NCBI GenBank assembly: GCA_964510585.1 | Contig: CAZECW010000160.1 | Coordinates: 1-12,430 of the forward strand | Direction: 5' to 3' | Length of the DNA: 12,430 nt | Source: an uncultured archaeon | GTDB taxonomy: Archaea > Asgardarchaeota > Jordiarchaeia > Jordiarchaeales > Jordiarchaeaceae | The notes under the pieces: model-generated | Told to the model about the DNA's origin: nothing | The model's database searches: none | The model's input: the letters and a program-made list of their open reading frames with translations, nothing else | Shown: piece after piece, positions 6,637 to 12,430 of the stretch | Numbering within the stretch: the first letter of the stretch is position 1 | How the letters are laid out: each line of letters starts with the position of its first letter | Program-made: the position numbers and the translations under genes

Positions 6637-6888
6637 TTATTTGTGAACCCTTTTGCCAGTGATGCTATCCATGCATAAGTAACATTTAATGTGTTCCACG
6701 TTTGGCAGCTGACGCGCCCTTACCAGCCATTCATATATTGCATTGTATTCTGGAAGGCTTACAATTGTTACCAAATCATGCTCTCCAGCAATCACGTAAA
6801 TGTCTCTTACGGCCTCATCATTCTCTAATGCTTTTAGGACTTCTAATTCGGCTCCCGGCCTTATGTCAAAAATCATAAAAGCCATCAT
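6637..6888 (-). CDS. Stand-alone Lrp/AsnC ligand-binding (RAM) domain protein, no HTH
   Basis: 83 aa; beta-alpha-beta-beta-alpha-beta pattern with IRPG..V, YVIAGEHDLVTIV. SD GGTGAGG and a 4-nt ATGA overlap with the upstream paralog. Confidence 0.8.
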   Translation of the reverse strand: MMAFMIFDIRPGAELEVLKALENDEAVRDIYVIAGEHDLVTIVSLPEYNAIYEWLVRARQLPNVEHIKCYLCMDSITGKRVHK

Positions 6889-7157
6889 GTCTCCTCACCA
6901 CTCTCAACATTTATCAGGGCTGATTTCCAAACTTTCACTACTGGCAAAGTTTTCGTCCTCACTATTTCCCTCAGCTTTCTTATATTCATGACAACCTCAA
7001 AAATTCTCTTTAGACTGTCGGCTGCTATAATAGCGATGATATCATGAGTTCCCGTAACTAAATGAGATTCCTTTACCTCTGGAGCTGCGTGGATTTTTTC
7101 GAAAACAGCGTCCTCGGTTCCCGGAATAACATCTATTTCTAGCAAAAGTACAAACAT
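6885..7157 (-). CDS. Stand-alone Lrp/AsnC ligand-binding (RAM) domain protein, no HTH
   Basis: 90 aa; VIPGTEDAVFEKI, HLVTGTHDIIAII, IRKL..IVRTKT. SD GAGGAG upstream. Confidence 0.85.
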   Translation of the reverse strand: MFVLLLEIDVIPGTEDAVFEKIHAAPEVKESHLVTGTHDIIAIIAADSLKRIFEVVMNIRKLREIVRTKTLPVVKVWKSALINVESGEET

Positions 7158-7253
7158 CTTAATCTCCTCTGTAAAGGATAAGTATATTCAATAACAAGGT
7201 TCAATTTAATATATATTTCTAAAGGAAAAAAGGAATAGAATTTATGGGTGGTT

Positions 7254-8057
7254 TTAAGTTATTGTGGATTTTAAGTATCGGGGGTTACGCATTAGTCCAA
7301 GTTCCTCAATATCTGGTTTAATTTTTAGCTTTCCCTTTTCCATTTCGTTTAAGGTTTTTGAGATGCGGTTTTCAACTTCGCCTTGGAACTTGAGGGTGGA
7401 TGCAAATAGTATAAGAGTTCTAATAAATTCGTCATTGCTTGATAGGTTTGGGTCCTTTATTTCGATGTCGCATTTTCCACCTATGTTTAATATTTTGCTG
7501 TTAATTGTTACAACGTGTTTATTCTTTTCTACGCTGAAAACCTTGTAGTCTGCGCCCAGTGATACACGTTCTCCTATAATCTTGTAAGCCTCAAAAGTTC
7601 CGGTGTTCTCATTATAAATGCTTAAAATATAGGTATCGGTTCTGAGGGGGCCTCGATAAATCTTCTCCACTGTGTGAACCAGCTTGTCCACATCCAAGAT
7701 AACTGCAAAGACCGGAAGAGGCTCACCAGTACCAAAAGATTTTGCGATAGATTTACCAACTAGTTCCTCGATGGTACCCCACCAGGAAATATTTCCCGCT
7801 TCAGACTGTGAAAATGCTTTGACGACAAGTCTCTGATCAAAAATGCTTTGTCCCCCTTTCTTGAGCTCTTCTTCGTCCCAAATCGATTTCCTGTAGCCTA
7901 TCACGCCAAATTTGTTCCTGTCTTTTTTGAGATCTCCAAATAAGTCCATATCCCTTGTGAATTGTCGACTCTGGCTCATAAGAACTTCTTTCTGCCGTAC
8001 GCCAATCTCTTCGTCGTGAAGACTGGAAGACCAGTAGTCAACTGTGTAACTTACCAT
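7254..8057 (-). CDS. Hypothetical protein, possible tubby/LURP-one/scramblase-like beta-barrel with central helix
   Basis: 267-aa ORF with SD GGAGG. Many short beta-strands followed by a hydrophobic helix (GADYKVF..VVTINSKILNIGGKCDIEI..DEFIRTLILFASTLKF). The CDS is well supported; the fold call is pattern-based inference only. Confidence 0.55.
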   Translation of the reverse strand: MVSYTVDYWSSSLHDEEIGVRQKEVLMSQSRQFTRDMDLFGDLKKDRNKFGVIGYRKSIWDEEELKKGGQSIFDQRLVVKAFSQSEAGNISWWGTIEELVGKSIAKSFGTGEPLPVFAVILDVDKLVHTVEKIYRGPLRTDTYILSIYNENTGTFEAYKIIGERVSLGADYKVFSVEKNKHVVTINSKILNIGGKCDIEIKDPNLSSNDEFIRTLILFASTLKFQGEVENRISKTLNEMEKGKLKIKPDIEELGLMRNPRYLKSTIT

Positions 8058-8271
8058 TTTTAGATTTCCTCCATCAACTCTTTTACCTACAAATACAAAT
8101 TCAATGTCACTTTCCCTAGTTGGTCTTTCTTAGTAGACTATTTTACTAGCTTAAGCTAGTGTCCTTTAAATAATATTAGTGCAGGACTAATTTATAAAAC
8201 ATTTTGAGAAGGGCTAAAAATTCAGAAATTTCAGATGAGACCTCTGTTCCGGAACAGAAGAGCGTAAGATT

Positions 8272-9717
8272 TTATTTTCTTTTATTTAGGTGCTCTCTGT
8301 ACTCCCACATCTTACGGATGCATCTGGCTACTTTTCTTGGATCTACGTATGTTGGTATTCCTCGGCTTACAAGCATCTGGGTAAACTCTATATCTCTCGT
8401 AATTCCAAAAACTGGTCTTTTGTATTTCTCCACCAGTTTAGCTGAGTCGATGGCAATTTTTTGCATTATTTGTCTATAATTTTGTTCCGTTCTCCTAAGA
8501 TACTCCTCGCTCATACTGCCCCTTTCTCTCCAGTTTTTAATCATAACTGATAGGTCTCCTGCAAAAAATTGAATAATCAAAGAATCCACAACATCATTCT
8601 CAAATAGGATATCGCCACTCCAGGTCAGAGTATCCACGTCTCGTGTAGCCGCAAGATCTATGGGGTTTCCATGGCTCCAATAGGGAGGGGCTCTCTCACT
8701 TATCCTATCAACAATGTTTTGTGGCAATTTGGTTACTTCAAGTCCATACTCTTCACAAGCATCAGCAGCCAAAACACCCCAACCCCCACCAGGCGTAATA
8801 ATGCCTACTCTTCTACCCTGAGGTAGGATCCCCATTGAAAAAGCCATAGTATAATCAATAAGGTCTTCTGTGCCCTCACAAGTGATAATGTTATTCTGCT
8901 TGGCCACGGCATTAAATATCTGAGTGGCTCCTGCAATGGAGGCAGTGTGAGAGCGTGCAGCATTAGCACCTGCACTAGTTCTACCCGCCTTAACAACTAT
9001 GAATGGTTTCTTCTTGGTTAGCTCCTTTGTAACTTTCAAGAATCTTTCCCCGTTACGAACGCCCTCTACAAAAGCTGCTACAACCTTTGTGTCCGGGTCA
9101 TAGGTGAAATACTCAAGAAAGTCCTCCAGCTTCAAAACTGCTTCGTTTCCACTGCTGACAAATTTGGAAATACCTCCCCCCATTCTAGCTATTTCCCCCA
9201 TGAGTACTAAACCTACAGTGCCGCTTTGGCTCACCATACCAATATTCCCTTTAGGCGGGAAACTGGAAGCCATCAAGGTGTTCAGACTCAGAGAATTATT
9301 AATGTGACCCATACAGTTTGGGCCTACTGTTGCGATTTTGTTTTCTTCTGCTATTTTGACTATTTCTTCCTGCATTTTTCTGCCTTTTTCGCCCACTTCA
9401 CTGAAACCTGCGGTTATTATTATGGAGGCCTTTACTTTCTTTTCGGCACACTCTCTGAATGTTTGAGGAACGTTCTCTGCTGGGATGACGATGACTGCAA
9501 GGTCTACTTCTTCTGGTATGTCAGTTATTTTTGGATAGGTTTCCATTCCATGGACTTTCTCCATGTAAGGATTTACGGGGAAAACTTCGCCCTTGAATCC
9601 CCCGAAAATCAGATTTGAGATAACAGTGTTTCCAATTTTGCGTGGGGCATCCGTTGCTCCAATGACTGCAACTGTTCTGGGCTCAAAAAGCGGCTTTAAA
9701 TCATATTTGCTGTTCAT
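8272..9717 (-). CDS. acdA: Acetate/acyl-CoA ligase (ADP-forming) alpha subunit, paralog 2
   Basis: CoA-binding domain (LFEPRTVAVIGA, PVNP, VDLAVIVIPA, IITAGFSE, VGPNCMG), SQSG, SSGNEA, KAGRT, phospho-His motif ARSHTASIAG, NPIDL. The start was moved from the tracked TTG at 9741 to the ATG at 9717 because GGTGA lies 5 nt upstream of it. Confidence 0.9.
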   Translation of the reverse strand: MNSKYDLKPLFEPRTVAVIGATDAPRKIGNTVISNLIFGGFKGEVFPVNPYMEKVHGMETYPKITDIPEEVDLAVIVIPAENVPQTFRECAEKKVKASIIITAGFSEVGEKGRKMQEEIVKIAEENKIATVGPNCMGHINNSLSLNTLMASSFPPKGNIGMVSQSGTVGLVLMGEIARMGGGISKFVSSGNEAVLKLEDFLEYFTYDPDTKVVAAFVEGVRNGERFLKVTKELTKKKPFIVVKAGRTSAGANAARSHTASIAGATQIFNAVAKQNNIITCEGTEDLIDYTMAFSMGILPQGRRVGIITPGGGWGVLAADACEEYGLEVTKLPQNIVDRISERAPPYWSHGNPIDLAATRDVDTLTWSGDILFENDVVDSLIIQFFAGDLSVMIKNWRERGSMSEEYLRRTEQNYRQIMQKIAIDSAKLVEKYKRPVFGITRDIEFTQMLVSRGIPTYVDPRKVARCIRKMWEYREHLNKRK

Positions 9718-9835
9718 ACGTTTCACCACAAGCCCGGCCAATAATTATTTTACTGATATCCTTCCACCAAGATTAAAAGTAAACTATATTATTGGGGAGA
9801 GCAAATCGGCGAAAACACTATTAGAAATAATTTAT

Positions 9836-11296
9836 TTATTTTTCCACTTCACTGTTCCTCTCTAGGTATTCTCTGTATTCCACCATCTTTGCAATGCACT
9901 TTACTGCTCTTATGGGGCTTCCAAAAACTGGAACTCTACTATTCTTGAGAGTGTTTTGCACTTCACTATCCCTAGTCACAAATAAAACAGGTTTCCCATA
10001 CTTCTCATTTATGCTTGATGCGCTCTCCGCCAAGGCTTTCATAAACAACCTTGAGCCCTTCTTAAAGGTTTCAATCTCCTCCTCACTAAAAATATGTATT
10101 TTGGAGAGGGGATCAAATGAACTTGAAAAATCATATGCTATATACGCATATAGTAATACATCAGCTATGTCCTCTTCGAAGAGAATCTCGCCACAAAATT
10201 TGAAGAGGTTTATATCTAGGCTGGAAACGAGGTCGATAGGATTTCTATGACTCCAATAACTGGGAGCCCGCTCACTAATCTTTTCTACCACACTTGCTGA
10301 CAATGGAGGCACCTCCAAACCATATTCTTCACAAGCATCGGCCGTCAGAACAGCCCACCCTCCAGCTCCACTTAGGATTCCCACCCTTCTTCCCTTGGGC
10401 AAAGGGCACTTGGCAAAGGCGGTGGCATAATCCACAAGCTCATCACTATTCTCTGCCAAAACAATTCCGGTCTGTTTTGCCACAGCGCGAAAAACCTGAA
10501 TTGAGCCGGCAATAGAACTAGTGTGGGAACGGGCGGCCTCAGAACCAGCCTTCGTTTTACCCGCCTTAATAGCTATAAAGGGTTTTTTGCTGGTTAACTT
10601 TCTCGCCACATCAATGAATCTCCTTCCATCTCGAACCCCTTCAATAAAAGCCACAACAACCCCTGCGTCAGGGTCGCTGCTATAATACTCCAGATAATCC
10701 TCCAATTTCAATACTGCCTCATTTCCGCTACTCACAAATTTTGTGAAACCCGCTCCAGTCTTGGAGATGGCATCCATAAGCACCATTCCCAGAGTTCCAG
10801 ACTGAGAAACCATGGCTATGTTTCCCTTATTAGGATTTATGGGGCTCATTATCGCGGTCAGATTTCCAGAAGCGCTATAAACACCCATACAGTTGGGACC
10901 TACTATTTTCATTCCACTTCTCTGACCTATTTCAGAAATCTCATTCTGCAACTTTTCCCCTTCTCCACCCACCTCCTTAAAGCCGGCAGTAATTATGATA
11001 CAGGCTTTAACCCCCTTCTCCTCACACTCCCTTAAAACCTTAACAGCAGTATTGGCAGGAACCGTCAACACAGCTAGATCAACGTCTACCGGAATGGAAG
11101 TAACATTGGGATATGCCTTTAATCCCAAAACCACGCTCTCATAAGGATTCACTGGATAAATTTCACCTCTAAACTCTCCAGAAAGAATAGCGGCCAAGGT
11201 AGCGCCACCAATCTTCCCAAAAGTATTAGATGCACCAACCACCGCAACATTACTTGGTTTAAACAGAGCTTCAAAACCCATTTTTTTACCATTCAT
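9836..11296 (-). CDS. acdA: Acetate/acyl-CoA ligase (ADP-forming) alpha subunit, paralog 1
   Basis: LFKPSNVAVVGAS, PVNP, VDLAVLTVPA, IITAGFKE, VGPNCMG, SQSG, SSGNEA, KAGKT, ARSHTSSIAG, NPIDL. The start was moved from the tracked TTG at 11323 to the ATG at 11296, which has GGAGA upstream. Confidence 0.9.
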   Translation of the reverse strand: MNGKKMGFEALFKPSNVAVVGASNTFGKIGGATLAAILSGEFRGEIYPVNPYESVVLGLKAYPNVTSIPVDVDLAVLTVPANTAVKVLRECEEKGVKACIIITAGFKEVGGEGEKLQNEISEIGQRSGMKIVGPNCMGVYSASGNLTAIMSPINPNKGNIAMVSQSGTLGMVLMDAISKTGAGFTKFVSSGNEAVLKLEDYLEYYSSDPDAGVVVAFIEGVRDGRRFIDVARKLTSKKPFIAIKAGKTKAGSEAARSHTSSIAGSIQVFRAVAKQTGIVLAENSDELVDYATAFAKCPLPKGRRVGILSGAGGWAVLTADACEEYGLEVPPLSASVVEKISERAPSYWSHRNPIDLVSSLDINLFKFCGEILFEEDIADVLLYAYIAYDFSSSFDPLSKIHIFSEEEIETFKKGSRLFMKALAESASSINEKYGKPVLFVTRDSEVQNTLKNSRVPVFGSPIRAVKCIAKMVEYREYLERNSEVEK

Positions 11297-11798
11297 ACTT
11301 ATCTCCAAACCCGAAGGTATCAACTACAAATATAAATAATTTTAGGGAACTTTTCCATCACAAAATAACAGAAATTGTATTTTAGTTTTTACACCGCACA
11401 GCCTCTTCTTACAAGAGTAACCTACAAAATATTAGCATTGCCAACCTTTTCGTCACCTAGCGTGTACTCCATAAAATTTGGATATGCTGCCTTTCCCTGC
11501 TGGTACAGGTGCATTCTATTTCAGGAAGGTGGTGGAGTCTAATCTAGTATATCGTAGTATGCAAAAGAACCTGAGGAAGGCGCAGGCTCTCTTCACTCCT
11601 AGTTATTCTATGAGAATGACGCCACTGAAAAATTTTAAACAGTCCTTTAGGTGTGAAAAAAGGGGTTCCACGCAAAAAATATTTGCGCTATAGATCAAAA
11701 AAGCTGGTTGGCTCCTCCAAATAAACTTAGTTGTTACTATCAAAATATTTATTTGTAAAACTATCTCTAAATTATCTTAGGTTATTGGAGGTTACCTC

Positions 11799-12263
11799 TT
11801 GTTCGATAAATTAAAGAAAGCAGCTGAAGAGGCTGGAAAGCGAGCTACAACTACCGCGGCAAAGAAAGCTGCAGGTGAGGTTGCGGGAAAAATCTCTGAT
11901 GCGGCAATCAAATCAAAAACACCCGAAGCTAAAGGCGACCCCAAGGAAGTAGCAATAAGGGCATATGAATGTCTCCAAAAGGGAGACCGCAAGGGATGGC
12001 TAGAAACACTGTCCCTTCAACTGCAGAAAACCGTCGACGTAGGAGGCTCCGCAAGCTATTGGTGGAAGACGGGAAGACACTACGTCGAGGACTACGGAGT
12101 CTACTACGAATTCCAAAAAGAGGATAGAGCTCCGTTTCCAGATCAGAGAAAATTCTTCTTTAAACGCAAGAACCCCGACGGCAGTGATAGGGGTGCCCCT
12201 GTGCCCTGCACCGTACGCATAGACGAAGACGGAGTCTGGCGGGTAGACCAGCAAAGTGTCTAA
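11799..12263 (+). CDS. Hypothetical protein: Ala/Lys-rich N-terminal helix plus possible NTF2-like C-terminal domain
   Basis: 154 aa, TTG start with GGAGG upstream, followed by oligo-T tracts. DPKEVAIRAY..GD..GW..LS near the start of the domain and DGVWRVD at its end are typical of NTF2-like DUFs (inference). Confidence 0.7.
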   Translation: MFDKLKKAAEEAGKRATTTAAKKAAGEVAGKISDAAIKSKTPEAKGDPKEVAIRAYECLQKGDRKGWLETLSLQLQKTVDVGGSASYWWKTGRHYVEDYGVYYEFQKEDRAPFPDQRKFFFKRKNPDGSDRGAPVPCTVRIDEDGVWRVDQQSV

Positions 12264-12274
12264 ATACTTCCAAC

Positions 12275-12289
12275 TTTTTTTATTTTTTT
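12275..12289 (+). terminator. Archaeal oligo-T terminator candidate
   Basis: T7-A-T7 starting 12 nt after the stop of the 11799-12263 ORF. Confidence 0.5.
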
Positions 12290-12429
12290 CCGTAAACGGA
12301 AAGTATATGTTTTGGGCCACCGCACTCCTTAAATCGACGCAAGCGAACTAGATTTTCGTGTGCAAAAAGCAACAAGACCCAGAACTTGAAAACAAGCCCA
12401 ACAAAAGGATCACAATAAACCACATCTTC
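12280..12429 (-). CDS. Possible 3' end of a gene entering from the right edge
   Basis: One minus-strand frame is open from the window edge to a TAA at 12282-12280: EDVVYCDPFVGLVFKFWVLLLFAHENLVRLRRFKECGGPKHILSVYGKK*. It converges on the preceding gene. Only 49 codons are visible, so it could be chance. Confidence 0.35.
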   Translation of the reverse strand, partial: EDVVYCDPFVGLVFKFWVLLLFAHENLVRLRRFKECGGPKHILSVYGKK

Positions 12430-12430
12430 T

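Noticed and set aside
6670-6681. CYLC (CxxC) in the 83-aa RAM protein as a redox switch
   Set aside because: It lies in a predicted beta-strand where i and i+3 side chains face opposite sides; no support without conservation data.
11478-11693. 71-aa ORF as a small gene or RNase H-like remnant
   Set aside because: TTG start without an SD, only loose resemblance, and no catalytic acidic residues in the expected places.
2860-12320. Remaining tracked ORFs (2860-3045, 3042-3251, 4323-4517, 4620-4835, 5241-5525, 6800-6991, 7264-7548, 8204-8479, 8805-8996, 9104-9307, 9226-9618, 9593-9865, 9894-10250, 10294-10515, 11792-11992, 12000-12320)
   Set aside because: Antisense or alternate-frame shadows of well-supported genes, with no motifs.
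1-12430. CRISPR arrays, tRNA or rRNA genes
   Set aside because: No regularly spaced direct repeats, cloverleaf or rRNA signature seen by eye on either strand.

Overview
Archaeal window of about 38-40% GC by eye, with GGTGA/GGAGG Shine-Dalgarno motifs, TATA-type promoters and oligo-T terminators. An Asgard-type lineage is plausible but is inference only. In order: (1) the 5' part of a hypothetical gene running off the left edge. (2) A Cys-containing V4R-like gene remnant whose 5' end is cut off by a 276-bp protein-free IS200/IS605-type mini-element (1246-1521). This element has IS608-like ends, an internal TATA box and a densely structured interior resembling a TnpB omega-RNA. (3) A tightly coupled four-gene operon: an HdrB-HdrC fusion followed by the three split archaeal glutamate synthase subunits, with no GltD or FrhB-like partner in the window. 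(4) Two tandem HTH-less Lrp/AsnC ligand-binding (RAM) proteins. (5) A possible tubby/LURP-one/scramblase-like hypothetical protein. (6) Two tandem ADP-forming acyl-CoA synthetase alpha subunits with no beta subunit in the window. (7) A small hypothetical protein. The two best leads are a possible thiol/disulfide-coupled glutamate synthase and a stand-alone omega-RNA mini-transposon.
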